Assembly: GCA_965644315.1 (NCBI GenBank)
Contig: CBFFRQ010000003.1
Span: 1 to 38,983, forward strand
Direction: 5' to 3'
DNA from: Caecitellus pseudoparvulus
Taxonomy: Eukaryota; Protista; Bigyra: Bicosoecida
Length of the DNA: 38,983 nt
Shown in pieces: positions 1-9,824 of this stretch. A program made the translations under genes and the position numbers. A model generated the notes under the pieces. The model saw only the letters and a list, made by a program, of their open reading frames with translations. It made no database searches and was not told the DNA's origin. Numbering within the stretch: position 1 is the first letter of the stretch; every line of letters starts with the position of its first letter.

Positions 1-151
1 CATTGAGTGGTTAGGAGGGGTTCGTTTTTGAGCTTGTCAGGAGGGCATGTTGGCGATAGTTGTATGTGATAATGTACTGAGTATAAAATAACGAATGCAT
101 ACATTATTTTTGTCAGAGTGTGCTTGAAAGGTTGGGTCTGTGATGCAAACT

Positions 152-166
152 GGATGCGGAATTTGC
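152..166 (+). repeat. candidate left TIR of Harbinger-type element
   Basis: 13-bp perfect core ATGCGGAATTTGC (154-166) is the reverse complement of 4798-4810; 14/15 match when extended. Confidence 0.5.
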
Positions 167-611
167 TTGCCCACGTTTGTAAAAGGAGGCTGCTGTCTTA
201 TGTTCCAGTCTACTTGCGCGTATTCGTACACTTTCGTGATCCAATGCAAATTTTTATGAAGTGTGGGCCGAATTTCGAGGAATCGGGCCGTTTTGGTGAT
301 CACCCTCTTTCGATTCGGGTGAGTTGTCTGTCGATTACGAACAGAGGGCCTGCGTCGTCATCGAGGTGCTCACAAACCCGCATTCGACACCGGCGCAACC
401 AGCACTCCAGCCCCCATGTGTCTTTCACAGTGTCGAACTACCGATCAAACGATCAGCGTCCCAGGGTTGCAATTCACAATTTTCACCTCGAAGGCTTGCA
501 CTTCCCGCAAGGCGAGTTTCGCGGAAATCGAAATGAGTCTTGGTTGAGACAGGCCGAACAAGGCACTGTGAGAAAAGACTCCCCGTATTGTCTTGCACAG
601 ATCATACAACC

Positions 612-2441
612 ATGTCTGGCATGCAATTCCTGGTTTCCTTTTTACTGTTGCGCCGGCGGCAGCATGTCCGTAGGTTGCAAGCGCTCCAAGCACTTATTGC
701 CACAGAAGCAGCACTGTTGCTGGCAGTGGTAGCAATGGCCGATGAAGATGGACACGAGCAGGCCGTGCCACTACCGTGCTTCGATGAAGACTGTGCTCTG
801 GAGGAGGGCGTGAGGGCCAGCGCACGTGGCCGCACCAATCCTCTTGCAGGTTTGGCATCCGGTGTGAGGACGTGGGTGGCACGGCAACATGGAGTGCCTC
901 TCGAAGAGCACGAGGTTTGCACAACCCCACATACGGTGTTGCAGTATACTATGAAGCAGTTGTGCTCTGTTGGTGTGAACACTATTTTAGCTCTATCGGT
1001 GTGGTTCATGAAATCTTCTGCACCAAAACTCTGGTACAGGTGGGTCATGCATTCGATCCTACCCGTGGAAGTAGAGGCCCACGCTGTGGAGCTTGCAGGT
1101 GATGAACCTGCAGAGGAACCAGACTCACAAGAGCACAGGACCTGGCAGAGACAGCTTCGGCGCCACAGGGAAGACTGTCTGCACGAGCACTGCAGTCGCC
1201 TTGGGGCATGCGAGCGTCCCATGGTGCAGCAACAGCCATCAGTGGCAGACTGGTGGGGTGCTGTGGACTCATCATTCTGCGGCCAAGGATGCACTTTCAG
1301 TTGGCTGGAGGCTTGTTGCCTTGGAGTGCATTATATGTGCAAGGGTTTCAACATGAGAGCTGGACAAGAAGCGTTCACTGGGGCATCGAAGTCCACATGC
1401 AGTCGAATCCTAAAGGTTTTCTTGCGGTCTATCTCATCCAGCATGTTTGAACAGCAGGTGTACATGCCAGCACCAGATTCTGGGGAGTGGATGGAGAGTG
1501 TACGATTGAACTTTGCCCTGTCAGGCATGCAGCTGCCGTGCGTAGCAGGCAGCGTGGATGATACACATGTGCGTGCTTACATCAGTGAAGATAGTGGAAA
1601 GGGCGTATACATAAACAAGGATGGCGTGGCTTCGGTTAGTGCCCAGTGCATGGTAAGTGGCCACGGACTCTTCTGGCAAGCAGACATTGGGTATGCTGGT
1701 GCCGAAAGCGATCGGGGGAAGCTCATAAGGTCTCCCATGTTTGCGGCAATGGTCGGGAACCCAAGCTTACGTCCTTGTCCACTCCCATATACATTGGCAG
1801 CAGACTCGGGATTTCGTCCGGGGTACACATTCTTACTTCTTCCGTTCGACCAGCGGGACACTGATGTGGTGCAGCCGAATCATTTGGTGACAATTTTCCA
1901 CGATGCACTTTTGCACATTCGAGTTAAGGTAGAATGTGCATTTGGAGAGCTCAAGAACAGGTTCCGCATCTTGAACAACACTGCGAATGGAAACCTTGGG
2001 CCAGCAGCAGTTGCACTGCGTCTACGTGTAGCTGTAGCACTGCATAACTTTGTACTGCGAGCTCTGCCATTGCGGGCATCTGTGTGGCATGCCCTTGATG
2101 TGACAGCGCCGGGGACTGTCTGGGGTGACCTGCTGGAAGAAGCAACGGCAAAGGTGGTAGAGGACTTGCTTGAGGCGCAGCCCCCCTTCATGGAGTATGC
2201 CGAGTGCCATGGGATGGAAGACGCAAGTGCTGGAGCTGGCGCTTGGCCAGCTTCCACCCACACCATCTTCAAGTATGCTGGGGTTCAGTATCGCTCCATC
2301 ATGGTGGGCACTGCCCAGTGGTGCCGCGAGAGAGTTGAAGAGCTAGCCCTTCTGCACCTGCAAGCACCTGAACAGCCTGGGGCTGCCGGCGAAGGTGATG
2401 AAGGGAGTGACTGGGAAGGTGACTCTGTTGGCAGTCAATAA
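612..2441 (+). CDS. PIF/Harbinger (HARBI1/DDE_Tnp_4-like) transposase
   Basis: Motifs CVAGSVDDTHV (cf. GAIDGTH), YINKDG..SVSAQCMV, LAADSGF (cf. GDSAY), RVKVECAFGELKNRFRIL and ALHNF. An HTH-like segment (GASKSTCSRIL) lies upstream. The start (ATG 612 within ORF 540-2441) is uncertain. Confidence 0.88.
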   Translation: MSGMQFLVSFLLLRRRQHVRRLQALQALIATEAALLLAVVAMADEDGHEQAVPLPCFDEDCALEEGVRASARGRTNPLAGLASGVRTWVARQHGVPLEEHEVCTTPHTVLQYTMKQLCSVGVNTILALSVWFMKSSAPKLWYRWVMHSILPVEVEAHAVELAGDEPAEEPDSQEHRTWQRQLRRHREDCLHEHCSRLGACERPMVQQQPSVADWWGAVDSSFCGQGCTFSWLEACCLGVHYMCKGFNMRAGQEAFTGASKSTCSRILKVFLRSISSSMFEQQVYMPAPDSGEWMESVRLNFALSGMQLPCVAGSVDDTHVRAYISEDSGKGVYINKDGVASVSAQCMVSGHGLFWQADIGYAGAESDRGKLIRSPMFAAMVGNPSLRPCPLPYTLAADSGFRPGYTFLLLPFDQRDTDVVQPNHLVTIFHDALLHIRVKVECAFGELKNRFRILNNTANGNLGPAAVALRLRVAVALHNFVLRALPLRASVWHALDVTAPGTVWGDLLEEATAKVVEDLLEAQPPFMEYAECHGMEDASAGAGAWPASTHTIFKYAGVQYRSIMVGTAQWCRERVEELALLHLQAPEQPGAAGEGDEGSDWEGDSVGSQ

Positions 2442-2461
2442 TGCAGTGTGTTGTCTCATGT

Positions 2462-4682
2462 TCATGACTGCATGGGTTGCCCAGCAACACTACGCTTCTT
2501 CAGGGCTGTAACCATTTGAAGTCGGGCGCGTGCGACCTTCAGCTCCTTGTCTGCGTCTGACAGCGGGTGCGGTGGCATGCCACGCAAGGTTGGAGGCACA
2601 CTTCCGCTGTGCAGCTGCTCCAAAACAGTCTGAACCTGCTCTTGCATGCTAAGGTCACCGTCAATGATGCTTAGGTCCAACCACCCCTGCACTCTTGTAA
2701 TTACACCTGATATCGCTGCATCTACCGCACGCTCACTATGTGCGGCAGCAGCACCTGGTGCAGGCACCGAAAGCGAAGGTGCGGGCTGCTGCACTTGCAA
2801 GGACTGCTGGAAAAACTGAAGAAGTGAGGCGTCCTGTTGTGCTTGTCGTTCCCGTGCTGCCTCTTCAGCAACCTGTCGTTTCTCCAGCGAATCTGCCAAA
2901 CGGGCAACGATGTCACGCATGCCTGCGGCTGGTGGTGACGTGCCAGACCCCAGGCGACCTCCATCCAGGGCTCCAGTTGCTTTTGCAACAGCAGCAACAC
3001 GGCTTCCCGTGCTCGTTCCACTCCCCGCACCTGATAGGTACTCTCCGCCCTGTCGCGGACTTTCAGTGGGCAACGCAGCGGGCCTGCCACTCGCCAACAG
3101 CGAGGCTACTGTGTGTGATCCTTCAGATCTAGCCTCTGCAAATATCCCGTTGGTGATGTTGCGAGGCACTGAAGACATCGTTGCCTTTGGCCTGGCTTTG
3201 CCTTGGCACACGCTTGCATAATTCATCAGCTCGCCCGGAAGCAGTCCACCGTTCAGGGGTGGATAGCGCAAGTCATCAGTTGGTCCCACAGGCAACCACA
3301 TTTCCTTGTTCGTTACGCTACACCGCAGGCGCTGGAAGCGCAAGCGCGCAGCGGCGCTTGCGTTTCGTGCCCTGCTCCACCCCACCTTCGTGATGTCCCA
3401 ACGTGTGTACTTCTTTCCATTTAAATCAAGAGAGGGAGCACCAGGGTGGCTAGGGGCTGTGGGTTCGCTTGCCCCCCCGCTTCCCGTCCTTCTGCCCTCA
3501 GACCCGTTGATGATGTCAACCTGTTTCTTCAACGTTTCGAGGCTGGCCCAAGTACCTGAAGCTGGAACCAGAGCCTCACGAAGGAGGCTTGAAACCAGGA
3601 CCAAGCCTGACCACGACAGGAAGGCTTCTTGGGAATCACTACCTGGTGTTGAAACCAACACCATGTACTTTGAGTCGTCTCGCTCCGGCCATGGCCTTCC
3701 TAGCATGTTCGTGTCATGCTCCTCGAAGGCAGTGAGCAGCAACGGCAAGAATTTGTGAGCTAGGCTCTTGCCCACAATGCCACTTCGCATCTTGTTGCTC
3801 CCTTGTGTGGCAAAAGTCCGGAACAGGCTTCTGTCAGAGCCTTCCGGGCATGGCTCACCCGACGAGACAACACGACCCCCAAGAGATGAGTAGTCAATGG
3901 TACCCTCACGAACACCCAGACGAACGATAGCTCCAGACATTCTCCATGCACTTGCTTTGTTTCCAAAGGCAGCCCAGGTCGACGACGGCATCAAGGTGGC
4001 GAACTCCTTCTTGTCAGGGTGCGTCTGCACCCCATTCTTGGACGGTGTTTGCAACAGAGCTCGATCAGTAGAGGCCCACGGAATTGGGCTCGCTGAGTCG
4101 AGACGCATCAACGCACGGGCAGGGGAAGTGGCAGCTGGTGTCGCGCCGACGGCACCAGCAGCACTCCGTGGTGGGGAAGGGCTGCCAGCTGTCCAGGACA
4201 CACCACCACTCTCCAAGTCAGGACTTGAACTGTCACTCTTGCCCTCATCACCACTCATGTCAACGACCTCGTCTGCGGGCAGAGTCAGGAAGGCGTGTTT
4301 GCGAGAAGCGTTTCGGAGTTTCACACAGCGGAAATGAAAACGAACCGAAAGCTTCCAGTTGTTCCTTAGCGTTTGTCTTCATCCTCCTGGCAATGCTTGC
4401 TGTAAGGGCAGCAATCCGGACTGGTCTGGTAGGCGTTGCGATGGCGGGTGATTCTTGCGCAGCGAGTTCGCTTCCTGGAGGCGTTGCAGGCAGCTCAAAC
4501 ACCCGTCCTGCTGCCCCGAGCCTCGCGCCCGTCCGCAGTCGGGAAGTCGGTGCGTTACCTTGAAGGAACTGTCGGACCAGTGCATGTGTGTCCGCTTGCG
4601 AGCCTTCAACTGCGGTTCTTTTGCCACTCGTCGGCGCATCTGCCTGAACGCGTGCATTCCGGGGGCGCTTGCGGCCAGACAT
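2462..4682 (-). CDS. Harbinger partner gene (ORF2), ~715 aa, putative Myb/trihelix-like DNA-binding protein; exons 4682-4346, 4272-2462
   Basis: ORFs 4260-4682 and 2462-4324 join in frame through a 73-nt intron (4345-4273; GTTCGT...CTGAC...CCCGCAG). N-terminal basic NLS-like MSGRKRPR and a C-terminal coiled-coil-like segment. Its convergent position beside the transposase matches the two-gene Harbinger layout. The Myb assignment is weak (W...R..A.RLRFQRLR). Confidence 0.6.
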
Positions 4683-4797
4683 GGCAGCAAATCATTCCAA
4701 GAGTATGCTCACAACTTACTGTGAATAGTTTAAAAGTAGAGTTTGATATCCATATCTGCACTGCTCGCCATGGTACACAAACCACTGCCAGCAAGTG

Positions 4798-4812
4798 GCA
4801 AATTCCGCATGC
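4798..4812 (-). repeat. candidate right TIR of Harbinger-type element
   Basis: Inverted copy of 152-166 (14/15), followed by TAA. Confidence 0.5.
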
Positions 4813-4929
4813 TAATAGGCTCGATAAACAACGCTCTGTTGCACACGACAGAGCGGCCGTTCAAGTCTAACATCCTCTGTTAGTGTCAAGGTGACAAAAC
4901 ATGCTGCCTGCAGCACTTTTCCGTGAACT

Positions 4930-7763
4930 TCAAAAAATGCATTCTCGTTTCACAGATTTTCTCGATTCAGAGGCCTCCGCTGGCCTCAATGAGACACGGC
5001 CCAGGGACCCAGGCCGCACAATGTGCCCTCTTGAGGTGGGCCCAGAAATTACACGGGCCCCTGCAGAGGCGAGCTTGCCCTCACTTGCAAGCTCCATGCG
5101 CAACTGCGCAGCCTGCCCGCTGTTTAGGCGGCCGACACCAGGAGCTGACGTTGCGATTCGCCGCCATCCACGATCGCGTTCCAGCTGGCGTGGAAGCGCG
5201 GGTGACATGTGCCAGTCAGCTGACACGGCCTCCCTTCCGTCTCGCATTTGAGAAGGCGGGCGGTAGGGTGGAAAATCTGGGGACAGAAGTCCCTGCCGCA
5301 CTCGCCCACGTGAGGCCGCCTCTGTGGGCTCGTCGTGGCTAGGGCTGAGCACGGGGACGTACCCATCGCCCGCCACTTCATACTGGCTCTCCCAGGCACT
5401 GACTGCCATTGGTTTGCCCACTTCATCGTGGGCCACCCGCTGTGTTCCGGCGGCCTCCAGCGCAGCAGCGAACTCTGCCATGCGCTGGCCGTCACCCTCA
5501 CCACTCCCAGCACCCAGCTTCTCCTTCAGAGCAGCCAGGCGGTCAGATTGCCTGTCAAGGACGACGGAAGGGGGCTCCTGTGACTCCTGCCCCAGAGACT
5601 GCACCAGGGCAAAAGGGTTTCCAAACGTGTCGGTGAGGCCACGGCCCTCCGCCATGGCTGCGGACTCCTCTGCTTCGATGAGCTCCTGCACCGTGCCGTT
5701 CCTCCGCGTGAACATGCACTGGATCCACTCCGCGAGGACCTCTGCCATAACTCCTGCGTGGCGTGTTGCCCTGGGAGCGCGCTGCAGCCCCGCTGCCAGC
5801 GCCTCCTGCCCAGACACACCCACCCAATTGTCGCTGACGTCCAGGACTTCCAGCGTGACGTTTCGGGCAAGCGCGTCGCCCAACGCCTGGACAACTGCTT
5901 CGCGGGTGCGAAGGAAGGACATCTTCTGGCTCGTCAGGCAGTTTCCAGGGAGAGTGAGCACTCGCAGCGTGCGGTTCTGCCCCAGGGACTCGGCAACTTT
6001 CAGCATGCCGCGTGGGTCGGTGCCGTCCTGTGTCAGGCAGCAATGCCCTGCGTGGAGCTGCTGCAGTCGAATGGAGGCACTTGCCAGTGCACTTGCCATG
6101 ACATGAGCCCCTTCCACTCCCAGAGGGTTCTGGGAAACATCCAAGGAGACCAGGGAGCCGACGCGAATTCCGCGGGCCAGCTGGCGAAAGCCATCGGCTG
6201 AGATTCCGTTCTGCGTCAGAATCAGCTCCTGCAGGTTGCTGCGCGCCATGAGCAGCTGCCCGATGCGGGCAGCACCCTCGTCACCGATGCTGCAGCCCCG
6301 CAAGCTCAATTTCAGCAAATTCGTAGGCTGAATGCCATCATGAAGGCGCATGGGGTTGTGCGGGTTCCACGTGCTGTAGGTTCCCATGGTCCGGTCCGTC
6401 AGGAACGTCAAAGCGGATGCGGCAGTCCCAGGCCGCTGGGCTCCAGTCCCTGGTCGGGACCACGCTTGCAGCGCTTGCTGCCACGATGCGTGGCTAGCCG
6501 CAGTTGGAGGCCGAGAGGCTGATGGTGTCGTTGGCCCCAGCCCTCCGCGTCCGTCAGACCCGCGCGCCACTCCAGCCACTGCAAAGAGGGCATGCGGCGA
6601 GGGCACCCCCATGGGCCCCACATTATCCACAAACTCAACAGCGTCTGGCTTGCCTGGCTCCACCCTTCGCAATGCAATCGCCGCGACACTGCACGCGACC
6701 GAGGCTTGCAGACCGCACTGCTTGAAGCTGACGCTGAGCAGCGAAGTGTTTTGCCCAAGAGCTGGCAGGAGGGGCTTCATGCAGTACTCATTCAAGGGGT
6801 TCTTGCTCAAGTTCAGGCGCTCCAGGCCACAGTGGGGGCTCATGATGTACCCTGCCACAGCACGCATGCCGGCCCGCTGCAGGACGCTCTGCTGCAAGCC
6901 AATAGACAAGCCCCGCGACTGGGACACAGCATCTGTCAAGTCAGTGTTGCTGAAATTAAGGCTCCGCATGGGGCTAACAAAACCTAAAGCCTTGCGCTGC
7001 TTCAGCACGGCGTCCCGGTCAGCCTGCAGCTCTGCTGTGCTGCGGCGCTTGACATGGTGCAGAGACCCTGTGCGGCCAACAGAGACAGGCCGCTCCGCCT
7101 CGGCGCCCTGGTCACCCGTTATGGGGACGTCCACTTGTTCAATCCTCGGCGATGGTACAAGTGTTCGCGCGATGGTGTCAATTTGCTTCCGCAGGCCGTT
7201 GACAATGTCCTGCACGCCAGCGGACCCCAGCGGGTTGTTTCGGACACTCAGGCGCGTGAGGGTGGTGTTGAAGGCCAGGGCAGCACCTAGATCAGCCGAG
7301 TACTTGGCATTCAGTCCACAATTGGACAGGTCAAGCTCTATCAACCTGCAGAGTCAGAAGCCCCGCGGCTCGTACCTGGCCTGCAAGCCAGCGTTGCCGC
7401 TTGACCCTCACGCACTTTGTGTTGAAAACCGCCTCGATGATGTCGTTCTTCAGCGCCTGAGTGAACAGCGCAAACTCCTGCACGTTCAGCTTGGATTCCG
7501 CAAGACTCAACACTGGGGTTGAATGGGCCTTGAAGAACATGAACTGTGGAGCAATGACGGCCAGCGTGCGGGGTGGTTTTGCTCCGCACCACGAGCGTTT
7601 CCCAGGCACCCACCATGCGCTTGGCGGGGCGCCTGTCCGGCACCATGGACACTCCATGCCAGAACTTCTTCAGAGGGTCCTCTCCCTGTTGGGAGGCCCT
7701 GCTCTGGACACCCGCTCGGTCCGCCTGGTCAAGGGGCGTTCCTCGGCGCCGCGCGCCTTGCAT
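4930..7763 (-). CDS. RNI-like leucine-rich repeat protein, ~897 aa; exons 7763-7614, 7543-7416, 7345-4930
   Basis: Repeats such as LIELDLSNCGL, LTRLSVRNNPLG, LERLNLSKNPL, LQELILTQNGI, LDVSQNPLG and LEVLDVSDNWVG. Two 70-nt GT-AG introns restore the frame and complete the first LRR (NTK|LIELDL). Confidence 0.8.
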
Positions 7764-7944
7764 GCTCTCACTGGCGAGAAGCTCTGCTGACGCAACACTA
7801 ATTGCATTGATGCATGCAGACACGCGGCCACAGCCATCTGTGGGTAGCTGTTTCGGGCCGCTGCCTTGGGGGCCAGGCGTGCGCAATGTGCGGAGCGGCG
7901 TGCACTGCCGAGACCGGCCACAAGTGGGGGAATGGGAGCGCGCT

Positions 7945-8699
7945 TCACAAGTCAATGGTGGACAAGTTCTTGGACTTGGCATCATTGATGAAGGTGGCAA
8001 TGGTGGCGACGTCATCTGTCAAGTCATCCTCGGGGATGCTAGCCACCTTCAGCTTCGTGTCCATGCCCATGTAGTACAGCTGAAGGTACCGACGTGTGCT
8101 GCACCGGAGAGGGTTGAACGCAGGCTTGATGTCTGCACGAGACAGGTACCTGGATTCCACCGTGATGTCCACGTCTGAGAACACACCCGCAAAGCGCACG
8201 ACGACGTCCCCTGAGGAGAAGACGATGACCCCCTCGTGCCACTCTCCCGACGCACGCTGCCTGGTGTGCCTCTCTTTGGCCCTCGAAGCAAGGACATACA
8301 TGACGATGCCACTGATCAGCCTGCGCAGTGAGTGGGGGGCGGGGGCATCGTGCCCAGCGTTGACGCTGGCTGGCACCCAGGGGAACCCACGCAAAGCAGA
8401 ATGCGAGGCTGAGCAAGGCAGCCTGCGCTGCGCCGCTCGATGCGACGCCTGAGATGAAGAGAACGGGGAACAGCACTCCGAGAGCCATGGCTAGTATCCA
8501 GAAAGTGCGTCCATATCTAACTGTGCTGCTGAACACCTGCATGGCGTGGAGCAGGGCAAGGAGCACGTGGGTGGAGAGGTGCAGTGCACCAGCGGTGCAG
8601 AGCAAGTTCCCCTGTAGCCGGCGGCGCAGGGCAGCGCACCTGGGTCCCCAGCGGCAACACATCATGGTCCACGTCGCTGTCTTCCAAGAGGGGGTCCAT
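7945..8699 (-). CDS. hypothetical small membrane protein (~193 aa, two hydrophobic helices); exons 8699-8640, 8536-8391, 8320-7945
   Basis: Three ORF pieces join in frame through 103-nt and 70-nt GT-AG introns. Hydrophobic segments FWILAMALGVLFPVLFI and AALLSLAFCFALISGIVMYVL. Confidence 0.6.
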
Positions 8700-8988
8700 G
8701 CTTGGGCCTGGGTCTGGCTGTGGGCACCAGCAGCGGGTGGCTGTGCCTCAAACAGCAGGCTTGGCCTTGGCCTGGCGCAAGGTGCGTTGGGCCCCTGCAA
8801 ATGGGTTGGGGGTGCAGCTGGCGATGAAAGCACAGCAGCAGTCAGCTCTGCGCAAGTACATTTCAGCGGCAGTCTACGTTTGACTGGGCAGCACAGTCTG
8901 TCAGGGCACACGCCGGCCCAGCGAAGTGAGGTATCCCGTGCACTCCCCAGCTTGCCCGAGGCAGGGCCAGGGGGCGGAGTGCCCGCAG

Positions 8989-9528
8989 TCACTCCCCCCC
9001 TGCCTCCTCCTCCGCATCGCTGTGCCCCTCCTCTGGCTGCGCCTGCTCCTCGCCCCCTGCGCCGCCAGCCGCCTTGGCCTTGTAGGCAGCCAGGGCATCG
9101 TCCAAGTCTTCCCGGGTGGCTGGCGCCGGGCGAGCCTTGCGGGGCTTCTGCTGTGCTTTAGAGTTGGTGGGGGGCGCCTCCTTCTTCGCGCCGGCAGCGC
9201 CAGTGGCAGGCTTCTCACCCCTGCGGTACGCGTCCAGGGCGTCATCCATGGACTGCCGCGCTGCGCCGGGGTCCTTCCCGAAGTAGGAGGAGAGGGAGCT
9301 GTCCAGGTCCTCGGGGGCGCCAGGGGAGGGCCGACGGGGCTGGGCGCGCTTGGGGCCGCGACTGGTCCTTCGAAGGCCCCCACGCCCACGCCCACGGCCC
9401 CTGCCGCCGCGTCGCAGCACCCCACGATCATCGTGCCCTGGGCCCTGCCAGGAGCTGCCTGCTGCGGGCTGCCTTCGGGGGGTTTTGCGGAACGGTGCAG
9501 CTCCAGCTGCATTGGCGTAACCACTCAT
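8989..9528 (-). CDS. CHTOP/FoP-duplication-like RGG protein (~179 aa)
   Basis: RGGRGRGRGRGG box followed by three LDxxLxxY-type motifs (EDLDSSLSSYF, SMDDALDAYR, EDLDDALAAYK) typical of the FoP C-terminal duplication. Confidence 0.6.
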   Translation of the reverse strand: MSGYANAAGAAPFRKTPRRQPAAGSSWQGPGHDDRGVLRRGGRGRGRGRGGLRRTSRGPKRAQPRRPSPGAPEDLDSSLSSYFGKDPGAARQSMDDALDAYRRGEKPATGAAGAKKEAPPTNSKAQQKPRKARPAPATREDLDDALAAYKAKAAGGAGGEEQAQPEEGHSDAEEEAGGE

Positions 9529-9824
9529 GCGCATGGGGCGGTCTGGCCCTCCGCCAAAGCCTGGTGGGCGGGACGGGAGCCAAGTGTGGCGTGGGGCGAG
9601 CTCAAATTCCGCCGCGTGGCAGCTCACTGGCGTAGTCGTAGGCTGACATGGGGGGCGAAGCGTGGCCTGCCGAAACGACTAAAGTCCTTCCTCGGCCTGC
9701 ACACACTGCTTGGCTCAATGTGGCGCATTGCAGGGCACTGGAATGCATGCCCAGCGTGGCAAGTGGAGGCGCATACAGAATTGCAACCAAGCAGCATCTG
9801 TTTCACAGCGCGGTTCTCGACACC

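Larger units (their letters stand above)
152..4812. mobile_element. PIF/Harbinger-superfamily (PHIS) DNA transposon, two convergent genes; boundaries tentative
   Basis: Harbinger-type DDE transposase (+) and convergent second gene (-). They are flanked by a 14/15 inverted repeat, GGATGCGGAATTTGC (152-166) and GCAAATTCCGCATGC (4798-4812). The region is visibly less GC-rich than the adjacent host genes. No perfect 3-bp TSD is seen, so the ends are uncertain. Confidence 0.7.

Noticed and set aside
383-437. 8-bp inverted repeat TTCGACAC/GTGTCGAA upstream of the transposase
   Set aside because: Too short to distinguish from chance
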